DNA of 32,000 bases from Promethearchaeota archaeon (GTDB lineage: Archaea > Asgardarchaeota > Lokiarchaeia > Sigyniarchaeales > Promethearchaeaceae): NCBI GenBank assembly GCA_016933055.1, contig JAFGBS010000009.1:90001-122000 (forward strand), read 5' to 3'. The notes beneath the pieces are model-generated. The model searched no databases and had not been told where the DNA came from. It saw nothing but the letters and a program-made list of their open reading frames with translations. The position numbers were made by a program, and so were the translations under genes. Positions 8,249-17,650 of this stretch are shown here, piece by piece. Position 1 is the first letter of the stretch; every line of letters begins with the position of its first letter.

Positions 8249-9472
8249 ATGGTAGAATTATTGATTCCCGCTCAAAACAAAAAATCCGTACAAGCCGCAA
8301 TTGGGAATGCAGATGCCATCTATATGGGTGTTGAGACATTTAACATGAGAATGCATGCTCAGAATATTTCCCAAGCCGATCTACCTGAATTCGTGCAATT
8401 CTGCCATGGAAACAACCTAAAAACCTATTTAACCACGAATATCATTATTTATGAAGGGGAACTTGACTTATTACGCCAGCTTTTAGAATCTGCCCACAGT
8501 TCTGAAATGGATGCAGTGATTGTTCATGATCTAGCTACTATTCAGCTTGCAAAAGATATAGGACTCCCTTTTCACATATCTACGCAAACCAGCATTTCAA
8601 ATTCTCTTTCTGCAAAATTTTACGAACAATTAGGCGCTGAACGAGCTATATTAGCTAGAGAACTTTCCTTAGATCAAATTCGAGAAATTGCGGGTAATTT
8701 AACTTCTATGGAAGTTGAAGCATTTGTGCATGGTGCCATGTGTACTTCGATCTCTGGAAGGTGCTATCTCAGTGAAGATGTGACCAATAATCCCAGATTT
8801 TCTGCGAATCGGGGTAAATGTTTACAACCATGCAGGCAAAAGTGGACTTTAACTCATGAAAACGGCACACAACTAGATTATGATGGGTATTTTTTCTTAA
8901 ACGCGAAAGATTTGTGTATGATTGAATATATCCCTGAATTAATTGAAGCAGGAATTGCATCTTTAAAAGTCGAGGGGCGCATGAGATCCCCTCGATACAT
9001 CGAAACGGTAGCTCGATTGTATCGTAAAGCTATCAATTCTTATGAAGATGGCACTTTTTCCAAAGAACAAGCAAAACTATGGAAAGAAGAATTAAAAACC
9101 GTATATAATCGTGGATTTAGTACGGGATTCTATTTTGGTATACCGACCTATGTGGATGTGAGTCAAGAGGGGGGTAATTTGGCAGATTTTCGGAAGGTTG
9201 AAGTGGGTTCCGTAATCACCTATTATCGGGATAAAAAGATTGCTAAAATTAAATTACAGAAAGGGCAGTTTAAACTAGGAGATGTATTATTTTTTGAAGG
9301 AGGACCCCAAGGCACTTTCTATAAACACGAACTCACAGAAATGTTCCATAAAAACCGTCAGATCCAGCAAACTCCTCAAATGTTAGATCGTAGTGGGGAT
9401 TATCTTATCACACTTAAAGTGGATTCTCCTCTAAAACGAAATGATCGCGTATATGTGTACATGGAGAAATAG
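8249..9472 (+). CDS. Peptidase U32 family Fe-S hydroxylase (TrhP/RlhA-like RNA hydroxylation)
   Basis: EAFVHGAMCTSISGRC...NRGKCLQPCR (four cluster Cys), KDLCMI, SLKVEGRMR, NRGFSTGF and a C-terminal beta-barrel extension. Confidence 0.9.
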   Translation: MVELLIPAQNKKSVQAAIGNADAIYMGVETFNMRMHAQNISQADLPEFVQFCHGNNLKTYLTTNIIIYEGELDLLRQLLESAHSSEMDAVIVHDLATIQLAKDIGLPFHISTQTSISNSLSAKFYEQLGAERAILARELSLDQIREIAGNLTSMEVEAFVHGAMCTSISGRCYLSEDVTNNPRFSANRGKCLQPCRQKWTLTHENGTQLDYDGYFFLNAKDLCMIEYIPELIEAGIASLKVEGRMRSPRYIETVARLYRKAINSYEDGTFSKEQAKLWKEELKTVYNRGFSTGFYFGIPTYVDVSQEGGNLADFRKVEVGSVITYYRDKKIAKIKLQKGQFKLGDVLFFEGGPQGTFYKHELTEMFHKNRQIQQTPQMLDRSGDYLITLKVDSPLKRNDRVYVYMEK

Positions 9473-9526
9473 CTACGAGTATGAGTAAGAAATGAATAAA
9501 ATCTGTCAGGTAGTGAAAAGAAGTAA

Positions 9527-9979
9527 TTAAACAAATTTTTGAGTAGCAGCTCTAATTTTATGCTCTAAATCTCGTAATTCTTTTTGCTTATTCTTTATTT
9601 GATTTGCAAATTCTTTGGAAATTTTCTTAACTCTATTTTTCTCTTGTTTATCACAGTCATCTGAGGATTTTCTAAATCTATTCACTGCTTCCTTGTAATT
9701 TTTTTCTGCTTTTCTCATTTGGATTTTAGCAGATTCACTTGCTCTTATGGCGGCTTGATATCTTTTTCGATGGGTTTCTAAACTTTGTTTAGCTTCTTCA
9801 AGTGTCATGCCTTCGCTTTGTTTGATACTGTACTTTCTAACATTACATGCATTAAGAAGTGCCTGGGTTTTCTTTTCTTTCTGCGCAAATAACGTCTCAA
9901 TATCCTGTTGGAGTTGCTTGACATGAGTTAATAACTTTTCAATCTCATTAGGAGATTCATTCATATTGTATTCAGACAT
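9527..9979 (-). CDS. Hypothetical coiled-coil protein
   Basis: 150 aa, K/E/Q/A-rich heptad pattern, with a purine-rich GAGGGGAG just upstream of the ATG. Confidence 0.7.
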   Translation of the reverse strand: MSEYNMNESPNEIEKLLTHVKQLQQDIETLFAQKEKKTQALLNACNVRKYSIKQSEGMTLEEAKQSLETHRKRYQAAIRASESAKIQMRKAEKNYKEAVNRFRKSSDDCDKQEKNRVKKISKEFANQIKNKQKELRDLEHKIRAATQKFV

Positions 9980-10178
9980 ACACTCCCCTCTAAACGATTG
10001 TACTCTCTCGTCCTATAAAAAAATTTAGGTTTCTAACGAATTTATTTATTCTAATAAATATATATCTAATAATTACGGGAATGAGTAAAGAAGCATCTTG
10101 TGGACCATAATTTGATGACAATTGAATTTCGTCGCTTCTGATGATCAAAACCCGTAAATTTGAAAAATAAAATTAACT

Positions 10179-10595
10179 CTATTTAATCAGATGCTTTTCC
10201 TTCAATTTATTTGTAGTTAAACTAATCAGATCTTCCAAACTTTTTGGTTGGTTCATCTCATTGGAAGATATCAATAATTCTATATTATTATTTCGTTCAA
10301 TCCATGCACTTGGGAATTCTTTTTGTTTATTGGGGTATCGTTTTTTAAATTCATCTCGATGCAAGAATTCAACTGGAAAAGTGAGTTCTTCAATGTAAGT
10401 CTTCCAATCTCTCTTCATACCTCCTAATCCAAAGGAAATTCCACATAAATTGCAGTCATATGTACTAGGTGAGAAAATTTTATGGAAGTAATCTTTAATT
10501 CCATTAATCGTACCACCATCGGCATTATATACAAATACTAATTTAGTTCCATTTTCCATTAATCCAAATCTATTTCCATTAATTTGATCACTCAT
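10179..10595 (-). CDS. Conserved hypothetical CxxC protein, probably thioredoxin-like/DCC fold
   Basis: LVFVYNADGG...HKIFSPSTYDCNLCGISFG...W...PVEFLHRDEF matches a recalled bacterial family. There is no P-loop. Confidence 0.6.
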   Translation of the reverse strand: MSDQINGNRFGLMENGTKLVFVYNADGGTINGIKDYFHKIFSPSTYDCNLCGISFGLGGMKRDWKTYIEELTFPVEFLHRDEFKKRYPNKQKEFPSAWIERNNNIELLISSNEMNQPKSLEDLISLTTNKLKEKHLIK

Positions 10596-10760
10596 TTTCT
10601 TGTTTCCCTCATTATATAGAAATTAAATTCGTTTATGTTATTGATGATTACAAAAATTAAATAAATCCATAATTTTGCAAATAATCATCCCGAACTCAGT
10701 TAAAAAGACCTTTAATTAAAATTCTGATAAAAAATTCTCTGTTTATGGAGCCAGAACTGC

Positions 10761-11408
10761 TCAAAAAAAACTCAAAAGAATGGGAATCGAATTAAACATC
10801 CCATGAGCAATCATGTTGGATAAAAGATCATTATTTTGAGATTTAACTAAAAGACACAATAATATTCCCAAAATGTAATAATAAAAAAAATATGTGATTG
10901 TAGTTTGGATAGGAACAATTCCGGGAAATACATGATAGAGTGCAAAGATCAACCCGTTTATCGGATAAGACCATTTACCCAGTACTTTTTTTAATTCTAA
11001 GAATAATACTCCTCGAAAAAAGTACTCTTCACACACTCCAATTATGACAAAATTGATCAAGATGGTTACTATACTTTCACTGACGGATAGAGTAACAGGC
11101 ACTACATCAATTGAACCAGAACTTGCCGTGTTATAAAAATTCTCACCAAAAATTCGAATAATTGCAAGAATAGATGCATATAGAAATCCCTGCGCAAAAA
11201 AACTTAAAAAAACTCCCGCGGACATTCCCATAACTACATCTCCTACTCTCGAAGGAATCGAACGCTTCTGGGGAAAGGATCTCAGAATGATACTTGAATA
11301 CATCTTTTCTTTACGAACTAGTTTGAAATAAATAGCTGGTCCAAATAATAATAAAAATTCCAAAAGGCATAATAGGAGAAAAATCCAAAATCGCAGGGAA
11401 AATCCCAT
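10761..11408 (-). CDS. CPBP (Abi/CAAX type II) intramembrane glutamic endopeptidase
   Basis: EEYFFRG, FALYH and AHGMFN motifs in a multi-TM protein. Confidence 0.9.
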   Translation of the reverse strand: MGFSLRFWIFLLLCLLEFLLLFGPAIYFKLVRKEKMYSSIILRSFPQKRSIPSRVGDVVMGMSAGVFLSFFAQGFLYASILAIIRIFGENFYNTASSGSIDVVPVTLSVSESIVTILINFVIIGVCEEYFFRGVLFLELKKVLGKWSYPINGLIFALYHVFPGIVPIQTTITYFFYYYILGILLCLLVKSQNNDLLSNMIAHGMFNSIPILLSFF

Positions 11409-11499
11409 ATATTTCTCAGCTTGTTGCTACATAAATTTTTTTTCTAGCTGAAATACAAATGAATAGGTGAGTTGTGTGGGCATTATCCGGGATTTAACA

Positions 11500-12048
11500 A
11501 TGGTTACCAAAAAATACCATATTATATATGCCGATCCTCCGTGGAAATTCTCAAGTAAAAAATATCAAGATGGAGGGAGGGATTTTGATAAATTGGAATC
11601 CAATCACTATTCTACTATGACCATAGGGGAATTAGCGCAGTTACCAATCTCAACAATTACCTCCGAAGATGCGGCATGTTTTTTGTGGGTAGTTGATTCG
11701 CATATAAAAGAAGGAATATTTATTCTTGAACAATGGGGCTTCACTTACAAGACTATAGCATTTAATTGGGTAAAAATTACAGATAATCGAAAGAAATGTT
11801 ACAATTTCAGTCCTTGGACTCTTAAAAGTTGGGAATTAGTACTTTTAGGAACTAAGGGTACAATGGGGAAATACAAATTAAAAAATAACATAAAAGGTCT
11901 AGTAGAAGCGGTAAGGACCAAACACTCTAAGAAACCCGAGGAAGTTAGGAAACGAATTGACCGATTATTTGGCCATTTGGAAAAAATCGAATTATTTGCG
12001 AGGAAGGAAGTTACCGAATGGGATGTATGGGGGGACGAAATCTCCTAA
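11500..12048 (+). CDS. MT-A70 family N6-adenine methyltransferase
   Basis: IIYADPPW, YSTM, LFLWV-like CFLWV, WGFTYKTIAFNWVK, HSKKP, IELFAR and WDVWGDE. ATG 11500 is preferred over GTG 11467. Confidence 0.92.
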   Translation: MVTKKYHIIYADPPWKFSSKKYQDGGRDFDKLESNHYSTMTIGELAQLPISTITSEDAACFLWVVDSHIKEGIFILEQWGFTYKTIAFNWVKITDNRKKCYNFSPWTLKSWELVLLGTKGTMGKYKLKNNIKGLVEAVRTKHSKKPEEVRKRIDRLFGHLEKIELFARKEVTEWDVWGDEIS

Positions 12049-12058
12049 CCAATTATTT

Positions 12059-13159
12059 TTAATCCGTAGGTATGTATTTGAAGTATGTTTGGATTAATTC
12101 ATCCCCAAACTCATAATCAACGGTGTTTATTACACCTTCTATACATAATTTCTTTTGTTTGACAATTTTCTCGAAGTCTTTTGAAAAATTCATAAATCCC
12201 CATTGTAAATACGTTGTAGATTTTGTAGTAAACAAGGCGAACGTAAATTTTTCAGTATATTCCAATATAACTAATCCCTCTTGGAGATTCAAGCTTTTCA
12301 ATTCTCCCACACGAAAGGTATCTTGACTCACTTTTTGTATACCATGGATAAACGAGGCCAAATCTCGTTGTTTTTTCTTCTTCCATGCATATTCATATAC
12401 CAAAACTCCTGATTTTCGGTTTAATACCTGCAAACGGTAACAAACAAAGGGAAGAATATTAATAATTCTGGGTTCTACACGGATTGCAATAATTATGGAA
12501 AGAATAGCACCACCATGGAATATGTATAGAATAAATATATTATATACGAAAAACACGCTGGAGACATACCCAATAACGGCAATAATAGAGAAAATTATAA
12601 ATACTATCATTAAAATTGTAGTTATTTTGCGTAGTGATTTAGGAGAATGTCGTCGGATTCGAATGATCCATTCTATATATAAATACCCATAAAGTAATCC
12701 AAACGAGATTTGCACTAACCAAAGAAAAGTGCCTAATTGAAAAAATGTACTATCATTGTACTTCATTTGATTCTCATTGAGAAGAGGTAAAACCAAATAA
12801 AGAGTTCCAATTATACCAATAGCCGTAATTCTAATTAATCCGATTGAATCTCTTGAATTTCTATCCACAAATAAAATAAGGTAAAACACTCCCAGTATTT
12901 CAAAGAAAAAACCAGCAACCATCACATATTTCCAATATATATACCCTTCCGTAGTGGGATAATAGAATTCAACCACTTCAGCACCTATGAATAATGCATA
13001 AGAAATTGTCCATGAGAACCATGAAATCCCTAACATGAATAACGATCGATTCCGTGTTGTTTTAGCATTGTTTATAGTGATAACTCCAGCATAGCACGAT
13101 ATTACTATCAGCAAACCAGTAAATACCAAGAGGATCAATTTTATTTCCATGTTTATCAA
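12059..13159 (-). CDS. Seven-TM protein with a C-terminal longin/roadblock-like cytoplasmic domain
   Basis: Seven hydrophobic segments in about the first 225 aa, then YRLQVLNRKSGVLVYEY..DLASFIHGIQKV..GELKSLNL..G.VILEY..FTFALFT..F.KDFE, the pattern of Asgard longin-like domains. Confidence 0.65.
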   Translation of the reverse strand: MINMEIKLILLVFTGLLIVISCYAGVITINNAKTTRNRSLFMLGISWFSWTISYALFIGAEVVEFYYPTTEGYIYWKYVMVAGFFFEILGVFYLILFVDRNSRDSIGLIRITAIGIIGTLYLVLPLLNENQMKYNDSTFFQLGTFLWLVQISFGLLYGYLYIEWIIRIRRHSPKSLRKITTILMIVFIIFSIIAVIGYVSSVFFVYNIFILYIFHGGAILSIIIAIRVEPRIINILPFVCYRLQVLNRKSGVLVYEYAWKKKKQRDLASFIHGIQKVSQDTFRVGELKSLNLQEGLVILEYTEKFTFALFTTKSTTYLQWGFMNFSKDFEKIVKQKKLCIEGVINTVDYEFGDELIQTYFKYIPTD

Positions 13160-13276
13160 TTTTTGACTAAATTGTACACATCATTCTTCTAGTATCATTA
13201 AAAAATGTTTCAGCCATGAATAACGGAAAATTTATCAGCAAACCATCTGGTCATTATCTAACACAATGTGCACTAG

Positions 13277-14032
13277 TTGATTCTATTGAGCTGGGAAATT
13301 GAGAAACTAAAATTTGGCAAAGAAATCACAGGGCAGTTATTTGACGCTGGAATGATTCGCACATGGTACCGGAATCGCCCGCAAGGATGGACCCTTATTT
13401 CTGGAATATGGTCTCCGATATATCTCAATTTGCGTACACTAGGAAGCCATCCAACTATCTTACGCAGAATTGGTTATGCATTGACGCGATTAATCCAAGA
13501 GGAATGTTTATGCAATCGTGTCGTAGGTATTGCAACAGCAGGAGTACCGATTGCTACAGCCATTTCTATTCAAGGGGGATATCCAATGGGATATACCCGG
13601 AAACTGGAAGGGGTTAAAACCTTGGTACAGCTTAACCAAATGATATCCCAATACGGACAACATTCCTTAGTTGAAGGAGAATTTGAATCTGGGGATGCAG
13701 TTGCTCTTGTCGATGATCTTGTAACGCAATTAAATTCAAAATTAATTGCCCGGCAACAAATGATTACCGAAGCACAACGTCGGAAAATTGATATAACTTG
13801 TAACACAATTATAGTTCTGGTGGATCGAGAACAAGGAGCTCAACAGTCTGCTGAAGAATTTGGACTTTCGTTACACTCTCTAATACCCTTCCAATCTCGA
13901 GCTATGGAATGGTTAAAATCGAAATTTACACCATTAGAATATGATGTAATTTCCCATTACTTCCGAGATCCCGAATACTTCCAAGATGAAGGAATTCAGC
14001 AGGATCTGACCGTTCGAGCAATCTCTGGGTAA
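13277..14032 (+). CDS. pyrE: Type I phosphoribosyltransferase, orotate PRTase-like (divergent)
   Basis: SG.WSPIYLNLR, VGIATAGVPIATAIS, YTRK, VALVDDLVT and VLVDREQG. The TTG start is at 13277 or 13286. Confidence 0.7.
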   Translation: MILLSWEIEKLKFGKEITGQLFDAGMIRTWYRNRPQGWTLISGIWSPIYLNLRTLGSHPTILRRIGYALTRLIQEECLCNRVVGIATAGVPIATAISIQGGYPMGYTRKLEGVKTLVQLNQMISQYGQHSLVEGEFESGDAVALVDDLVTQLNSKLIARQQMITEAQRRKIDITCNTIIVLVDREQGAQQSAEEFGLSLHSLIPFQSRAMEWLKSKFTPLEYDVISHYFRDPEYFQDEGIQQDLTVRAISG

Positions 14033-14106
14033 AATTTCCAGAGGAGCTTCTGTAATCTTCAAGTATTCTCCCCTAATTTTTTTAATAGGAAAACACAAAT
14101 AGGTTT

Positions 14107-15510
14107 ATGGTTGAAAAAGAGCAAACCCCCCTACATCGATTGGATCTTTTCACAAAAAATGATTCAGTCATAAACGAGACAATCGAATTATTGCAATTGA
14201 TGATACAAACCGATACGACCAATCCTCCTGGAAATGAGATCATACTTGCAAAAAAGCTCCAGGAGCTGATTCAAAAAGAAAAATGTGATTATATCAGCAC
14301 AAAAATTATTGAGACCTATTCTTCACGGGGTAATCTTATACTCACTGTTCATGGCACTGCTCCTGAGAAACATCCGACATGGGGTTTCCATGGACATCTA
14401 GATGTAGTAAGGGCTGAAGGAGATTGGAAATACCCTCCTTTCTCTGGAGAACTTGTTCAACTTCAACATGATAAGTTTATTTGGGGAAGGGGGGCAATTG
14501 ATATGAAAAAGCAGTGTGCTGCTCATTTGATGGCGGTTATCCAGTTGGTTCGTCAAGGTTGGAGACCTAAAGGGGATGTTAAACTAATCTATACAGCGGA
14601 TGAAGAAGCGGGAGGAAAACAAGGAGCGAAAATTCTGATCAGTGAATATTATGAAGAGGTGAAAGTCGATTGCATGATTGACGAAGCAGGTGGTGAAAAT
14701 TTGCCTTTTGGGCGGGATTTTATCATTCAACGAGGAGAAAAAGGGAAATTACAAATGGATCTAACCTTTCATGGGAAAGCTGGCCATGGATCGATGCCGA
14801 TGCACCTGGAAACATATGCCATTTACAAATTAGTCAAGGTTTTAAACAAAATTCGCAGAAGAAAACAACCTCTATATATTAATACCTATTACAGACAAAC
14901 CATAGATGCTTTATCAATTCCTCAATTCGTTAAATTTCTACTAAAACGCAAGCTTATCCTACGACCGATAATTACCATTGCAGGAAAGATCTATAAGATC
15001 GATATCGGAAAAATCTTATTCTCTCTGTTGACTGACACTATTGCCCCTACCATCATAAAAGCGGGAGAGAAAGTAAATGTGATCAGTCCAAGTGCAAACC
15101 TTTCCCTAGATATTCGGATCTTGCCTGGACATGATCAAGAGTTTGTCCTTCAAACTTTAAAAAAGAAATTAGGTTTGAAATTATTCGAAGAAATTGAATT
15201 TTATCCTATTGATGTCGTAGATGCAACCATATCTTCAATCGAAACCCCCTATTATGATAAGATTCAGTCTGTGTTTAAAGAAATGTATACGGGGGCGAAA
15301 CTAGTTCCCATGCTCGGAGTGGGGGGTACTGACAGTAAATATTGGAGAAAGAAGGGGATACCTTGTTATGGATTTTCTCCCTTATTACTTGATAAGGATC
15401 TCACATATAATGAACTCATGGGTCTTATGCATGCACCTAATGAACGTGTAAGTGTTACCAATCTTATGTTCGCAACCGAATTTGCTTATCGTTTGATGAG
15501 AGAATTATAG
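14107..15510 (+). CDS. M20/M25/M40 metallo-amidohydrolase (aminoacylase/PM20D1/ArgE-like)
   Basis: HGHLDVV, WGRGAIDMK, DEEAGG, DEAG, GHGSMP, GGTDS and HAPNERV. Confidence 0.92.
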   Translation: MVEKEQTPLHRLDLFTKNDSVINETIELLQLMIQTDTTNPPGNEIILAKKLQELIQKEKCDYISTKIIETYSSRGNLILTVHGTAPEKHPTWGFHGHLDVVRAEGDWKYPPFSGELVQLQHDKFIWGRGAIDMKKQCAAHLMAVIQLVRQGWRPKGDVKLIYTADEEAGGKQGAKILISEYYEEVKVDCMIDEAGGENLPFGRDFIIQRGEKGKLQMDLTFHGKAGHGSMPMHLETYAIYKLVKVLNKIRRRKQPLYINTYYRQTIDALSIPQFVKFLLKRKLILRPIITIAGKIYKIDIGKILFSLLTDTIAPTIIKAGEKVNVISPSANLSLDIRILPGHDQEFVLQTLKKKLGLKLFEEIEFYPIDVVDATISSIETPYYDKIQSVFKEMYTGAKLVPMLGVGGTDSKYWRKKGIPCYGFSPLLLDKDLTYNELMGLMHAPNERVSVTNLMFATEFAYRLMREL

Positions 15511-15524
15511 GAGAGTCTTAAATA

Positions 15525-16349
15525 ATGAAATTAGTTGAGGCAGGCACTTTTTCTGGCAAATATGCGTATATTCGGTTGAAATGCAACTCGAATTCTAAAA
15601 AAACGTTGGTTGTGTTTCCACCATCCCAAGAACTCATGTACCCTCTTAAATTGAACATGGAGATACAAATAAAACGCTATAAATCGCTTATTCCCTCGGA
15701 TATATTGGGAAATGTCTATATTATAGGATACGATCCCAACATTACAGTAGATACATATTTAGCTGAGATTGCTGAGGATTTTTCGAAATTCATTCGAGAG
15801 AAGATCGGGCCTTGTGCGATTGCGGGAATTTCCTATGGAGGTGGCATTTCCATTCCTTTTGCAGCAAAATATCCTGAATTAACCGAACGGTTAATACTTG
15901 TGGTGAGTTCTTACGCACTTTCAGAAAATGGGGTAGATTTATGCAATACAATCATTCAGCATGCGAAGAATAATGATATGTTTCAAGTGCAGTTAATTTT
16001 GAATTCCTTATTCCATAATCCTTTGTTACGTGCATATTTTAAAATATCTACTCGATTAAAATGGTCTCGTATGCAATCTTTTCGAAATCCCCCATCAACT
16101 ATCGTGAATGCTTATACCCATCTACTTAACCATAACTATGAATTAAAACAATATATCTCTCGAATCCAAGCTCCCACATTAATTATAGGAGGAACCAAAG
16201 ATCAATTTTTATCAAAGGAATTGTATGAGGAGATTGATAATGCAATTTCAGATTCTTGTATGATGCTATTTAAGAATGCAACTCATACGGTACCGATAGA
16301 AAAATTATTCAAAGTAAGAAAATTGATACACGATTTTCTCAAAACGTGA
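15525..16349 (+). CDS. Alpha/beta hydrolase
   Basis: Nucleophile elbow GISYGG, acid GGTKD and His in ATHTV. Confidence 0.88.
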   Translation: MKLVEAGTFSGKYAYIRLKCNSNSKKTLVVFPPSQELMYPLKLNMEIQIKRYKSLIPSDILGNVYIIGYDPNITVDTYLAEIAEDFSKFIREKIGPCAIAGISYGGGISIPFAAKYPELTERLILVVSSYALSENGVDLCNTIIQHAKNNDMFQVQLILNSLFHNPLLRAYFKISTRLKWSRMQSFRNPPSTIVNAYTHLLNHNYELKQYISRIQAPTLIIGGTKDQFLSKELYEEIDNAISDSCMMLFKNATHTVPIEKLFKVRKLIHDFLKT

Positions 16350-17508
16350 TATTGTAATGAATGTATTCATGTCCACAAGGGCTCCCAAAGCAGATCCAGA
16401 TTTCCATTGTTTCTAAATCGAAAATCAAACTTGCAGCTGTTGTCATAATAGGACCATGTCTGCATAAACAATTACGATCTGGAACATCCATTGAAGTAAC
16501 ACTGTGATCTCGATGCAAGGTTTGCATTTGATCCACCGTCAATTTTTCCCATGATCCAAGTAGCAAATCTGCCATCTGATATCGCTTATATGTGCTTTCT
16601 TGGATGAACATCCCTGCGAGAGGTCCGGCATCTTGAGTATAGAGGGCATTTGCGGGCATATCTACTGGTTTAAGTTCTTCGAGGATAAAATGATTTGTTG
16701 CATGGATAAAATTTCTTTCTGGTATTCGTTTTACAATGCGTTCCGAAGTATATTCTATCACAAACATATCTCCCGTAGGATCATTCACCATCACCGAATT
16801 ACTGGAACCACGAGGGAACTGTTGGAATATCTCGAATACTTCTTCAGATGAAGATGCATGTTCTAAAGCCTCTTGGATGAGGATAGATGCGGGTAATGCG
16901 TTATTAGGATCCACTTCCTTGATTGCACTTACTTCATCGGTTCCAATGCATACGCCATTTTCATTAATCCCGTTAAATGTTCCCGGTAATGGGGATGCTG
17001 TGATATCGAAGCTTTTATATTCCTTTTGCGGATCATTCTGACGGATTCGAAGATGCGGAACTACCATATATCGATAGTCAAAATTACGAGATACCATGGG
17101 ATGATCACGAGTAGTCTTTGTTTTGGCGTAACTTATACTCGTACATCCATCGATGATTGGGATATCATAGTTTTTTTTCGTGAGTAATAATTCAGTGCTA
17201 CACAATAAATAAATTAAGTTCTGAGATATTCCAGATCCATCAGAAATACCTCGAATTCGTTCTGCTTGGCGTGGTGCAAGTTTCTCTAAGGTCGGTTGGA
17301 ACCATCTTCTCGATTTTCGCGCAGCTAGTTGGAAAAAAATTCCTTGGGGGATAAACTTGGGTCGCATTTTGCTGATATCGGGGTATTCCTTAAAATCATC
17401 AAACGCGGCATGTAAACTACTGGAGAATGTTTTTCCCTGCTGATAGCCCATTTCATAATGAGAACCCGAAAAATGATACACCTTGTGTTGATCCGACAAG
17501 TCAATCAC
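16339..17508 (-). CDS. C45 family Ntn-hydrolase (acyl-CoA:6-APA acyltransferase-like autoproteolytic amidase)
   Basis: GSHYEMGYQQG propeptide, G|CTS nucleophile site, RNFDY, GINENGV, ATNHF and LCRH. Confidence 0.9.
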   Translation of the reverse strand: MIDLSDQHKVYHFSGSHYEMGYQQGKTFSSSLHAAFDDFKEYPDISKMRPKFIPQGIFFQLAARKSRRWFQPTLEKLAPRQAERIRGISDGSGISQNLIYLLCSTELLLTKKNYDIPIIDGCTSISYAKTKTTRDHPMVSRNFDYRYMVVPHLRIRQNDPQKEYKSFDITASPLPGTFNGINENGVCIGTDEVSAIKEVDPNNALPASILIQEALEHASSSEEVFEIFQQFPRGSSNSVMVNDPTGDMFVIEYTSERIVKRIPERNFIHATNHFILEELKPVDMPANALYTQDAGPLAGMFIQESTYKRYQMADLLLGSWEKLTVDQMQTLHRDHSVTSMDVPDRNCLCRHGPIMTTAASLIFDLETMEIWICFGSPCGHEYIHYNITF

Positions 17509-17623
17509 ATTTTTCTAGAGGTTCTGATTCTTAGTAAAACCTCTGTTAATGAAATTCGCGAATTGCGAAGGTTTTGCATTCCACGAGTCCTAAATTTTTA
17601 TTAAGTTCGTGTGATGACCATTG

Positions 17624-17630
17624 TATATAA
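17624..17630 (+). promoter_or_regulatory. TATA box for the GPH transporter gene, probably leaderless
   Basis: TATATAA lies 21-27 nt upstream of the ATG at 17651. Confidence 0.45.
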
Positions 17631-17650
17631 AATAAAAAAAGTGAGAAAAT

